Below, piece by piece: positions 6,976 to 16,268 of a stretch of 32,280 nt of DNA; the stretch's first letter is position 1, and every line of letters begins with the position of its first letter. Origin of the DNA: a virus (taxonomy: Duplodnaviria > Caudoviricetes); the IMG/VR virus record IMGVR_UViG_3300025375_000012, positions 1 to 32,280 of that record; one strand, given 5' to 3'. A model generated the notes under the pieces. It did no database searches. It was not told the origin of the DNA and saw only the letters and a list, made by a program, of their open reading frames with translations. The position numbers and the translations under genes are program-made.

Positions 6976-8574
6976 TTATTTCCTAAATTTAGCAGCCAAT
7001 CCCTCAATCATATCTTGACGATTAGCGGTGGCAGATGGAGCAACAGGAGCATTTTGTGAAGTTGCATTAGAAAGAACTGGAGGTTTTACACCCGCAACAG
7101 CAGATTGACCAACAGTGGTTGGGCTTTTTACATAGCCTTCCATTTGTTGTTTAATTTTCCAGCTTTCATCTTCATAAGTACGCATTAACTTTTGATAGTT
7201 ATCAGTTCTAATAAAAGCATTTTCCAATTCACCAGGCTGTGGAATTTGACCATGTTTTTTCATTAATTCAATTTGCTGTTTTCTCCATCCGGCATATTCT
7301 TCCATTGCCGCTGCATTAAATTGAGTCAATACATTTTGACCAGCACCAAGAGAAAAAGCATCAAAAACACCAGGAGTAGCAGGATTGATTAAAAAAGATG
7401 GAGTTCCATGATTTTTAATCATTTCAGACATTTTTCCCTCAATGCGGGAGTTATTTAACAAAATTTGATCAAATGCTTTTTGTTGGTCAAAACTCATGTT
7501 TCCATAAAGACCGGACTTAATTGCATCATTTTTTGTTTGAGTAAAGTTTTGTTCAAAATTATGATTAGAACTGTAAGTTTTTTGCAATTGATCAAGACTG
7601 GCTTTATCAACTTTTACATTTTTAGAATCTGTAACAGAACCATCTGCACCAATGTTAAGTCCAAGAGCATCTGCCGCTGCTTTTGCTGCCGCTTTTTGGC
7701 TGTTATCCATGCCAACACCACGCGACCTAGTAAATTGGTCTAATGCATTAAAGCCATTGTTTAGACTTTGAGAGTCACCAAGTTGTCGAGAAGTAAACGA
7801 AGCAATTTGAGTTTTTAATGCAGGATCAAGATTTGACTGCATTAAATTTTGATGAAGAGCTGTGTTTTCAGCGGCAAGCCAGCGAATAGCTGGAGCAGAA
7901 GCCCCATAAGCCATTGCTTGATCGTTAGCTTTATTTGCCACATCAACATTAAAAGCTTGCATACTTTTTGCAGCAATTCTTCCTAATGTTTGCTCACGAT
8001 CAATAATTCCACCACCACGAGCTTGATATTGCTCTGGCGTTAATTGTTGACCAGTACCAACATCTTTAACGCTTAAACGCTTTCCAAGTTCATTGCGAAC
8101 CTCTTCAAGTTGGCGTCCTTGATCGTCATAAGTAATTACAGTTTTAGGAGTTCCTCCGGTAATAAATAAACGAGCATCAGGATTGCCCATTAATTTTTCA
8201 CCAATTGCACGAAGCCATTGAGGTTTATCAGATTGATCTTCAAAAACATTTGCAGCAGCAATACGACCTTGCTCTGTATTTAAGCCGCCTTTTGCTTCAA
8301 TTGGCGCAGTTAATTCAGATAATCTAGTGTCGTTTTGCACCATAATTTTGTGTGCGGTGTCTGCAAGAGGTTCAAGATTAGTTCCTTTTGCATTTTGTGC
8401 AACGGTAGACATTAAGCTGGGATCACCAGATTGAACAGCTTCTACATAAGAATCATGCAAATCTGGCTTTGGCAAGCTTACAGAAGGATCAACAGTTGGA
8501 ATAGGAGCAACGCCTACAGGTTGAGATGTATCCGTTGAATCAACAGGAGGGGCAACAGGTGCAATAGTTTCCAT
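6976..8574 (-). CDS. Putative internal virion/ejection protein
   Basis: About 532 aa, A/Q/N-rich and helical. ATG 8574 follows the upstream stop. Confidence 0.65.
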   Translation of the reverse strand: METIAPVAPPVDSTDTSQPVGVAPIPTVDPSVSLPKPDLHDSYVEAVQSGDPSLMSTVAQNAKGTNLEPLADTAHKIMVQNDTRLSELTAPIEAKGGLNTEQGRIAAANVFEDQSDKPQWLRAIGEKLMGNPDARLFITGGTPKTVITYDDQGRQLEEVRNELGKRLSVKDVGTGQQLTPEQYQARGGGIIDREQTLGRIAAKSMQAFNVDVANKANDQAMAYGASAPAIRWLAAENTALHQNLMQSNLDPALKTQIASFTSRQLGDSQSLNNGFNALDQFTRSRGVGMDNSQKAAAKAAADALGLNIGADGSVTDSKNVKVDKASLDQLQKTYSSNHNFEQNFTQTKNDAIKSGLYGNMSFDQQKAFDQILLNNSRIEGKMSEMIKNHGTPSFLINPATPGVFDAFSLGAGQNVLTQFNAAAMEEYAGWRKQQIELMKKHGQIPQPGELENAFIRTDNYQKLMRTYEDESWKIKQQMEGYVKSPTTVGQSAVAGVKPPVLSNATSQNAPVAPSATANRQDMIEGLAAKFRK

Positions 8575-8575
8575 G

Positions 8576-8914
8576 TTATTTATTTCCAAAAGTTGGAAGA
8601 TGAGAAAACAAATTCTTAAAATTTTGGCTAAATTCAGCTTGAGAATTTTGATCGTTATTTTGCATTGTCATTCCAGGCTGAGAGGGCTGCATTGCATCAT
8701 TTGTGGACGACAAAGGAGGAATTGCTTGCTGCGGTTGATTTGGAATGCTTGGTTTTTGTCCAGTCAAAATAGAATTTACTTGGGGTGGAACACCCAACTG
8801 AGAAAGTACTGAGCCAAGAATAAATTGGCCTATTCCTTTTCCTTCTCCAGTTGTTCCTGCAAAATAATTGTCTTGTCCAAACTGGCCCAAACCAGCGTTT
8901 CCAAATGCAGCCAT
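8576..8914 (-). CDS. Hypothetical Q/G/N-rich virion-associated protein
   Basis: 112-aa low-complexity ORF, tightly packed in the operon, AAGGA RBS. Confidence 0.65.
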   Translation of the reverse strand: MAAFGNAGLGQFGQDNYFAGTTGEGKGIGQFILGSVLSQLGVPPQVNSILTGQKPSIPNQPQQAIPPLSSTNDAMQPSQPGMTMQNNDQNSQAEFSQNFKNLFSHLPTFGNK

Positions 8915-8922
8915 ATAAATCC

Positions 8923-9645
8923 TTACAGTTTGAATCCACTGCTTTTACTGGAGCCAGTTTGAGTAGAACCTTGGGTTCCTGCAAAGTTAGGCGTAGTAGA
9001 AGCTTGGGGAGTTCCATAAATGATGGAAGCATATTTAGCGTATGCGTCTTGAGGCGCACCAGCATAACCAATCTGTGCAGCAGCCCCTTGATTGGCAGCA
9101 TTCAAACTAGACTGACCTGAATTAAGCAAAGCGCCAGCAGCAGCAGCACGGTTCTGTTCAACACCAGCCATTGCATTGGCAGCAGCAGTTGATTGACGTT
9201 GAGAATTAAGGCTTTCCAAGTTCTGAGAGGCCAAAGCAGCACGAGCAGAACCAAGGTTTCCAGCAGCACCCATTGCAGCATTGTTTTGCCCATAAGATTC
9301 ACGGGCAGCTTCATTGCCAGCCTGCAATGCACCTTGCACTTGTTGCTGTTCATATTGAGGCCCAAACAATGAAGCAAGACCAGCAGCACCACCCAACAAA
9401 GATGCAGAACCTACGCCTTGTTGCAATGCACTTGTTTGACCAGCAACATTGGATGCGTTTGTAGCGGCATTGGCTACATTGCCAGCGGCTTGGTTATAAA
9501 CATTTTGTCCACCAGAAATAGTATTCTGGTATGCAGGGAATGCTGTGTTTGTCAAAAAGTCAGTCTGAGCCCCAAGCAGCTTTGATTGCTCTGGAGTTAG
9601 AGTTGCTTGTGTTGACTGATTACCGGATGATTTGCCTCCGCCCAT
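8923..9645 (-). CDS. DNA pilot/ejection protein-like
   Basis: MGGGKSSG...TQ N-terminus and an A/G/Q/N-rich body, typical of podovirus pilot proteins. Confidence 0.7.
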   Translation of the reverse strand: MGGGKSSGNQSTQATLTPEQSKLLGAQTDFLTNTAFPAYQNTISGGQNVYNQAAGNVANAATNASNVAGQTSALQQGVGSASLLGGAAGLASLFGPQYEQQQVQGALQAGNEAARESYGQNNAAMGAAGNLGSARAALASQNLESLNSQRQSTAAANAMAGVEQNRAAAAGALLNSGQSSLNAANQGAAAQIGYAGAPQDAYAKYASIIYGTPQASTTPNFAGTQGSTQTGSSKSSGFKL

Positions 9646-9647
9646 AA

Positions 9648-9947
9648 CTATGCTCCTTTGCCCTTACCACCCATTTGTGCTTTAGGCTGTTGATTGCTTG
9701 AATTATCCCACGAACTAATAGTATTGGGATAGGGATTTGGTTGACCCATTTGTGCCTGACCAGAAGTGGCAGACATTGTGGTGTTGTTAGGAATAGCTTG
9801 ATCCGTTTGATCTGCATTTGATTGTTGCATACCAATTGGAGCAAAAGATGAAGATGCGCCTTTACCACCACCTTTGCCACCGATTTGCGGTTGTTGGGCA
9901 GATTGATTGGTGGGGTTCTGTGGAACTGTTGGTGTGGGCATTCCCAT
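9648..9947 (-). CDS. Low-complexity Q/P/G protein with GGKG motifs
   Basis: 99 aa containing GGKGGGKG and a terminal MGGKGKGA. AAGGA RBS. Confidence 0.65.
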   Translation of the reverse strand: MGMPTPTVPQNPTNQSAQQPQIGGKGGGKGASSSFAPIGMQQSNADQTDQAIPNNTTMSATSGQAQMGQPNPYPNTISSWDNSSNQQPKAQMGGKGKGA

Positions 9948-9950
9948 GAT

Positions 9951-10370
9951 TTATCCTTGAGGCGGTGTAGGCCAGATTATATTAAATGGATCAGTCTGGC
10001 TTGTAATATCTCGCAATGATTGTCGATATGCTGCCCATGCTGATTTTGTAGAAATTTCTACATCGGGAAGTTGCGTCCAATCGCATGAAGCAAGCAATAC
10101 ATCTCTTTGGTTTCTTACAACAACCCATTGAGTTTCATCTGTTCTAGGGTCATACCATTGTTTTGTATCGTAATTAAATATGCAGTATTTATTTGGAGCA
10201 TCAGGAATTGCTATTGCTTCATTATTACTAATGTAATATTTAGAATCATCATATTGACCTTCAATGTAAGTGCAAATTGATGGGTCATATTGCAAAACTA
10301 AATTTTCTTTTGTGCAATAAACTATTTTAATAATTTGTCCATTGGAAATTTTGTAGATAGAAAATATCAT
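9951..10370 (-). CDS. Tail fibre assembly chaperone
   Basis: WVVVRNQRDVLLASCDWTQLPD...WAAYRQSLRDIT...IIWPTPP is the phage tail assembly chaperone pattern. ATGA-coupled to the fibre gene. Confidence 0.85.
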   Translation of the reverse strand: MIFSIYKISNGQIIKIVYCTKENLVLQYDPSICTYIEGQYDDSKYYISNNEAIAIPDAPNKYCIFNYDTKQWYDPRTDETQWVVVRNQRDVLLASCDWTQLPDVEISTKSAWAAYRQSLRDITSQTDPFNIIWPTPPQG

Positions 10371-13300
10371 CTTTTTACCTCTAAACACATAATGCTAATA
10401 TTATTAAAACTATTTGAGTTATCTCCACCTTGGCTGTAAAAATATAAAGAATAAGTTTGATTTCCAGAAGATGGGGTATCTGTAATGTTTGCAGCAAATG
10501 ACCCCAAATAATTGCCAAAAGAATCTTGAGGGCCAAAAAGTCCTTGTCCAGTATAAAGAACTGTTGATCCTCTTCTTATTTGGAAAATAATAGTTGATGG
10601 AAAATACGTTGAATTTGCAGAATAAGAAACGCTGGTTGTAATAAATATTGGATTGCCAGTTGCTGAAACTGTTATTGATTGAATAATATTTCCAGGAGAA
10701 ACGGTTACTGAAGAAGAAGTAAACACCGAACTTGGTATGGTTACTGCTTGACCAGCAATTTGTAATGTATTTACAGCAGCATTTCCAATCTTTGCATTGG
10801 TAATTTGTGCATCACCAATGTATGCAGTTCCAATAGCAGCACTAGACATATAAGTGCTAATGTTGGATGAGGTAATTTTGTTGTTTGTAGTGATGGCTGT
10901 AACAGAACCTGATCCAGCTCCACCAAGACTAATTACACCAGAAGATTCACCAATAGTCACATTAGAATTAAGCCATCCTGATGAAGGAATAATATTTGCA
11001 GCAGCAAGATTTGTTCCCGCACCAAATAAAACAGTTCCAGAACCATCTTTAATTGTAAGATTGTTAGAGTTAATATTTGATGCAGTTACTGTATTTGCTG
11101 CAATCTGTGTTCCTGTAATTGTCGCAGCAGAAATATTAGATGCTGTAATTGTTGATGCAGCAATATTTGTTCCTGTGATTGTATTAGCAGCAATTTTGTC
11201 ACCAGTAATTGTGTTTTGAACAATTAAACTTCCGGTGATGTAGGTATTAAATAATACCCAAGAGGTTACATAACGATAGATGGTTGCGTTGTTGTAGTTG
11301 TTATAGCTAACAGTAACAATATCTCCAGCTACAGGATTCCTGCCAAGCAAAGCATAAACTTCTGCATTGGTTGGGGCAGAGCTATCATTTGCAACACGAG
11401 TTATTACAAAGGTAGCTGCACCGTTAGAACCATTAGAACCATTAGAACCAGCAGCACCATTGGTTCCACTTGCACCAATAGCATAAGCAGTAGATGTTGT
11501 CCAAGTAAGCGTACTGGTAGATGTAGTTAATTGATCTGCATAGCTAATAGAACAGGCATATAACGTGTAACCAGGTGTACTGGCTCCAGGCAATAAGCTC
11601 CAGCCATTAGGGGTTCCAGGCGCTGTAAAAGCTCCGGTTGCCCAGGTATAGGTAGAGTTTCCAGATGGAAATACTGTTGGTGCAGTTGCAGCCCATTGAT
11701 AAACTTCTGCTATAGCAGTTCTATAACCATTGGTTCCATCAGAGCCATTGTTTCCAGCAACACCAGAAGGATATGCAGAAGTTGCAGTCCAAGTTATAGC
11801 AGTGGTTGCTGTTGAGTTTGAATCAGCATAAACAGTTCTGCAAACCCAAAGAGTTTGACCAGTAGATGCGGAGCCTGGAGTAATTGTCCATGAATTAGGA
11901 GTTCCAGGGGCTATAAATTGACCAGTGGCCCATGTGTAAGTAGATGTTCCTGCTGGGAATGTAGTAGGAACTGTAGATGCCCATTGATACATTTCAAGAA
12001 TAGCAGTTCTAGTTCCATTGGTTCCATTGGCTCCATCTAGTCCAGCAATTGATTTAGCTATGTTGTAGACTTTATCAATTGTTACGCCGTTATATACAGC
12101 ACGCAATGTAGCTGCACCTTGATTGGCAGACATTGCAGTAATTAAATAAGTACCAGTGATATCAATAGAGATGGTTACGTTTGTGCTGGATACTACAGAA
12201 TAAGTAGACAAGACTCCAGAAACATCTGTGATGCCATTAAAGACTTTAAAAAGTCCACCAGCCTGACTAAAGTTAGAAACAGTTCCTGCTGAATTTGCTT
12301 GAACAGTGGCAGATTCATTGGTAAGAAATCCACTGATGGCATTAACACCAACAGCGCCATCTTGAAGCTTTACAACAGTAATAGTGTCACCAAATCCGCC
12401 CAAAGAAGCGGTTACAACACAGTAGTTAGCAACACCGAAATCAGAGATAGACAATGTACGAACATTACCCGATCCACCCAATGTTGCAGAACCAATAGAT
12501 GTTCCGCTTGCATCGTATTTGGTAGCGGTAAATGTTGGAGTTCCAGAAAGGTTTTGCAGAACTGCGGTAAACGTAATGGTCTGAGAAGTCGGTGCAGCAG
12601 AACCAGCACTGTTATATGTAAACGTCTGGCCGGTAGTATTAAGCGTCAAAACACTTGCAGAAGCTCCATTAGCACCATTTGTACCGTTATAAGCAACAGC
12701 CCGAATTGGATTACCAGTATCAGTCCAGTCAAGTGTAGACGTAGTAGTTGTTGCAGAAGCGTTTAACGGGTATGTAAGCGACCAAAGATAGTTTCCAGTA
12801 GTCGTGTTGCTTGGAGCAGTTGTAGACCAGCCAGCAGGCGCTGTATAGGCTCCGGTGGCCCATGTGTAGGTAGACGTAGTGGTAGGACGAGTAGGAGCAG
12901 CAGAAGAGCCAGTCCATTGATAAATAGTTGGGAATGCTGACATTAGCCCGTTAGAACCAGCACTACCAGGTGCACCGTTATAAACAACAGGCATTGATAT
13001 GGTTTTGCTGGATGGAGATAGCAGGTTTGAACCATTAACAGTTAACGTCACTACAACAGCCGTTGCACTGGAGTTTGGTGCTACTACAACAGATGATGCT
13101 GTAGAGCTAGTAGGAGTACCACCACTGATAGACCAAGAATAAGTAGGACTTGTTACGTTTGACGTAACAGCGCTCAAAGTAGCGTTTGAAGGGGTAAATG
13201 CACCTCCAGCATTTTGAGTAAATCCTGTAAATCCAGAAATGTCGATAGATGGGCCATTTAGACCATTAGCACCTGGATCGGCAAATACAAATTGCAGATT

Positions 13301-14131
13301 GGATACGCTGGCTTGAGTAACAACACCAAGGCTATTCTTGTAACGTACAGGAACTGTCAGGTAAGCAGGGCTACTAGCCATTGCCGTAGGAGCAGGCCAA
13401 GATGCGTAATCACCAGCATCGGTTGGATCATCAATTGTGATATTGGTTTTGGAAATGTCGCCATAGCCAGTAGTTGACGAGTTGCCAATACGCCATGAGT
13501 TGTTTACAAAGCCAACATTGGAATCTGTTTGAGCAGACGTAAAAGGAATGACTGAACCTTGGTTTGTGGCGTACATAACTGGCGTTACACCAGTAAATAC
13601 AGGAGCTAATGGGCTTCCAGAGCGAGGAACTTGCAGAGTAGACGGGGTAAAGTACGAAACAAACGATTCCGCAATGACTGGCACGTTACCAGAGGTAACA
13701 ATGTCTAGGTCAATAGAAGCGCCTGAATCAACAACCCATCCGGTATCAGGTAAAGATGTTGCTACATTAAAGTTAATCTGCCGTCCACCAGTAGCGATGT
13801 AATACAGAAACTTAGTTGATCCAAATCCACCCGTTACTTGATACCAGACGTAATCAGCAGGATTGGTAGATTCAGCCGGATCATTGGAGTTTCTTAGTCC
13901 GTAATAAGCGCGACCAGTAGGAACATTGCTGAAATTAAGTGAGCCATACGCATTGTCAGCGTATTTGATGGCCATGTACTTATACAGATAGCCGACGACA
14001 GTACCTGTTGGGCCAACAATAATGCCAGTGCCAGCATTGCTAGACAATCCGGTCGCAAAGTTACTTAGGATGTAATTAATTGCGCCGGATACATCCGACA
14101 TTGACGGGTCTGATTCAAGAGCGAAAGGCAT
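10367..14131 (-). CDS. Tail fibre/host-specificity protein 2
   Basis: 1254 aa, S/T/G-rich, with short Gly-X-Y linkers, repeated YQW..TYTWATG modules and a 10-residue I-T/A repeat. Followed by a chaperone gene. Confidence 0.85.
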   Translation of the reverse strand: MPFALESDPSMSDVSGAINYILSNFATGLSSNAGTGIIVGPTGTVVGYLYKYMAIKYADNAYGSLNFSNVPTGRAYYGLRNSNDPAESTNPADYVWYQVTGGFGSTKFLYYIATGGRQINFNVATSLPDTGWVVDSGASIDLDIVTSGNVPVIAESFVSYFTPSTLQVPRSGSPLAPVFTGVTPVMYATNQGSVIPFTSAQTDSNVGFVNNSWRIGNSSTTGYGDISKTNITIDDPTDAGDYASWPAPTAMASSPAYLTVPVRYKNSLGVVTQASVSNLQFVFADPGANGLNGPSIDISGFTGFTQNAGGAFTPSNATLSAVTSNVTSPTYSWSISGGTPTSSTASSVVVAPNSSATAVVVTLTVNGSNLLSPSSKTISMPVVYNGAPGSAGSNGLMSAFPTIYQWTGSSAAPTRPTTTSTYTWATGAYTAPAGWSTTAPSNTTTGNYLWSLTYPLNASATTTTSTLDWTDTGNPIRAVAYNGTNGANGASASVLTLNTTGQTFTYNSAGSAAPTSQTITFTAVLQNLSGTPTFTATKYDASGTSIGSATLGGSGNVRTLSISDFGVANYCVVTASLGGFGDTITVVKLQDGAVGVNAISGFLTNESATVQANSAGTVSNFSQAGGLFKVFNGITDVSGVLSTYSVVSSTNVTISIDITGTYLITAMSANQGAATLRAVYNGVTIDKVYNIAKSIAGLDGANGTNGTRTAILEMYQWASTVPTTFPAGTSTYTWATGQFIAPGTPNSWTITPGSASTGQTLWVCRTVYADSNSTATTAITWTATSAYPSGVAGNNGSDGTNGYRTAIAEVYQWAATAPTVFPSGNSTYTWATGAFTAPGTPNGWSLLPGASTPGYTLYACSISYADQLTTSTSTLTWTTSTAYAIGASGTNGAAGSNGSNGSNGAATFVITRVANDSSAPTNAEVYALLGRNPVAGDIVTVSYNNYNNATIYRYVTSWVLFNTYITGSLIVQNTITGDKIAANTITGTNIAASTITASNISAATITGTQIAANTVTASNINSNNLTIKDGSGTVLFGAGTNLAAANIIPSSGWLNSNVTIGESSGVISLGGAGSGSVTAITTNNKITSSNISTYMSSAAIGTAYIGDAQITNAKIGNAAVNTLQIAGQAVTIPSSVFTSSSVTVSPGNIIQSITVSATGNPIFITTSVSYSANSTYFPSTIIFQIRRGSTVLYTGQGLFGPQDSFGNYLGSFAANITDTPSSGNQTYSLYFYSQGGDNSNSFNNISIMCLEVKR
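11075..11215 (-). repeat. Coding penta/decapeptide repeat (ITGxxIAAxT) in the tail fibre
   Basis: ITGDKIAANT-ITGTNIAAST-ITASNISAAT-ITGTQIAANT-VTASNI, with a 30-nt period. Confidence 0.8.
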
Positions 14132-15735
14132 TAGAACGCATCCTCAACAATGGTAGCCTGCCAATTCAATGCGGTTAGATTCCAAGCATCTGTCGCATCA
14201 TTTGATTCAACTTTAACAGAAATGGTGCGAACACTATTTTGCTGAGTAGTAACCCAAGGATTGTCGGTCACAATATTAGTAACTCCAGTTTGACCGTAAG
14301 TAGGAGTTTGTGCTGTAGAGTTTGCACCACCAACAGTAATATTAATTTTGCCAGAGCCAGCAATTTCAGGCAAAACCCTGTGCACATAGACTTTGGAAGA
14401 GTAAGGAACCGGCCCTTTGTCTGTTTGCAGGCTGACGTTTGTACGTTCAAACAAAACTGGAATTGGCGCATTGTTGATAAAGGAATTACCAATATTGGTT
14501 TGAATCAATTGAGAACCAGCAGTGCTTCCTTGTGCGTATGTAACAGTCCGAGAAGCAAACTGGAAATCAGAGCCAATGTATTTAGGAGCTTCACAAGCAT
14601 CAGTAGCATTGGTAATGTCTTTGGGTGCATTCCATACGCTAATGTCATAGCGCCAAGAAAGCATCTTGTTGCACCAGCCTGTAGAGTTCAGGTCAGGGTA
14701 ATACACCTCAATCTGATTCTTTTGTGTGTTGTTGACAACAAAGATACGATCCGAGTAAGTCTGACTGAGATTGGCAAAGAAATAATCTCGAACCTTTTGA
14801 TTACCCAGAGGATTAAAGCTGGAACCATCAAATACCCAAATATCTCGACTATCTACGCCATACACATTCTGGTCAGTGTTAGTCCAGCAATTGTTGTTAA
14901 TCAGTCCACGGCCTTGATTGAACAAACGAATGCCAAACACCGGAGCAGTGCTATTGGTGTAAGAGATTGGCGAGAAGATAACCGTATCCCAGTAAGAGCA
15001 TACATAGAAGTTTGCACCCAGGAAGAAGCCGTCAACAAGAGGGCCACGAACAGGAACTTCCACCTCATTGGCTACGTTATTCAGTGTAGGAACCCAAGTG
15101 CCTGGAATGCCAGTATTGGCAAACGCCTGTGACCATCGAACGGTAGTTGGATAGTTGGCGGTAGTTCCACTAGCCAAATCTTGAGTGATATTGCCAGCAA
15201 TCAGGATATTGCCAACATTGGGCGAACAATAATTGCGTACAAAAGCTGCACGAGTTGCATTGGAACCAGGTGTGTAATTCCATTGGGAATCAGGAGTCAA
15301 TGCAATCTCAGTTGCAGTTGACAGGAAATACATTGGATTACGCAAAGTGTCATTGATAAAGAACACATTGCCTACCCAAGACGTTGTAATGTTGATATTG
15401 TCAGAATAACCGGAAAGAGATACGTTTGGATTTGCTCCAACACCAGGAGTAATGTTCGTAATGCCAGAAGAGTTTACGACATACCATTTACCTTCTCGCG
15501 TAGCAACAATAAATGTCCAAATAGATGATCCACGAAATCCGCCATCCATAAAAACAATATTCCCAGGAACAGCAGAAAGAATGGCTTGTTCTCCACCAAT
15601 CTTTTTGATACCCCGAACATCTGCTTCTACGTTTCTGCCGCTGTTATATTCGTTTGGCCCAAGTGCGTTAGAAGGAACATCGGGAGTAAAACTGCAATTG
15701 GCAAATGGAGTTCTTAAGCGTACATAGTCAGACAT
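14131..15735 (-). CDS. Tail tubular/nozzle protein (P22 gp10 / T7 gp12-like)
   Basis: About 534 aa, beta-rich, with TVRWS and GRGLI motifs, in the expected position in a podovirus tail module. ATG 15735 (MSDYVRL) is preferred. Confidence 0.7.
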   Translation of the reverse strand: MSDYVRLRTPFANCSFTPDVPSNALGPNEYNSGRNVEADVRGIKKIGGEQAILSAVPGNIVFMDGGFRGSSIWTFIVATREGKWYVVNSSGITNITPGVGANPNVSLSGYSDNINITTSWVGNVFFINDTLRNPMYFLSTATEIALTPDSQWNYTPGSNATRAAFVRNYCSPNVGNILIAGNITQDLASGTTANYPTTVRWSQAFANTGIPGTWVPTLNNVANEVEVPVRGPLVDGFFLGANFYVCSYWDTVIFSPISYTNSTAPVFGIRLFNQGRGLINNNCWTNTDQNVYGVDSRDIWVFDGSSFNPLGNQKVRDYFFANLSQTYSDRIFVVNNTQKNQIEVYYPDLNSTGWCNKMLSWRYDISVWNAPKDITNATDACEAPKYIGSDFQFASRTVTYAQGSTAGSQLIQTNIGNSFINNAPIPVLFERTNVSLQTDKGPVPYSSKVYVHRVLPEIAGSGKINITVGGANSTAQTPTYGQTGVTNIVTDNPWVTTQQNSVRTISVKVESNDATDAWNLTALNWQATIVEDAF

Positions 15736-16216
15736 GATTTGCAAAACTCCCGTGGTATAAATTTCTAGCTTCTTCAGCAATAAATTCAGCTAATTCAAAA
15801 TCTTTTACATACCAACATTTAACTTTTTTATTTGACCTAATATGAATTTGCCAAACTTGATTTTTTTTATGCCAAGAAACATTTTTACAACCACTTTTAT
15901 TGTTAATTCCTTTTTTGCGATTGTATTGATTTGTTTGTAATGTTGCGTCTCTTAAATTTTCAATTTTATTATCCAATGGATTACCATTAATATGGTCAAT
16001 TATTTCGGGAACATATCCATAATGCATAAAAAATACAATTCTATGAAGCGGATATTCTTTATAGTCAATTGTTACCCTTTTGTATCCACTTGTAGTAACA
16101 CTTCCAACAATATCACCTTTTTTAATTTTTCCGCGAGCGCGATCAATTTTTGATATCAAATTACCATCTTTGTAATCAAACAAAGTGTGCAAATATTCTT
16201 GGTTGTATTCTGACAT
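15728..16216 (-). CDS. HNH homing endonuclease with AP2-like C-terminal domain
   Basis: LHRIVF...IDHINGNPLDNKIENLR...NQYN, then NNKSGCKNVSW...W...A...ARNLYHGSFA. Visibly AT-rich relative to its neighbours. Confidence 0.92.
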   Translation of the reverse strand: MSEYNQEYLHTLFDYKDGNLISKIDRARGKIKKGDIVGSVTTSGYKRVTIDYKEYPLHRIVFFMHYGYVPEIIDHINGNPLDNKIENLRDATLQTNQYNRKKGINNKSGCKNVSWHKKNQVWQIHIRSNKKVKCWYVKDFELAEFIAEEARNLYHGSFANHV

Positions 16217-16226
16217 ATTGTTCCTT

Positions 16227-16265
16227 GTTGCCCAATTACACCATTAAAGATGCAATCGGGCTAAC
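16227..16265 (-). promoter_or_regulatory. Long RNA hairpin directly upstream of the HNH RBS
   Basis: Minus strand GCCCGATTGCATC-TTTAAT-GGTGTAATTGGGC forms a 13-bp stem with 3 G-U pairs. Confidence 0.5.
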
Positions 16266-16268
16266 TTT

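Noticed and set aside
14239-15132. 297-aa antisense ORF, and similar ones at 16596-17339, 17877-18506, 24697-25401 and 25792-26436
   Set aside because: All lie opposite well-supported structural genes and have shadow-like composition.
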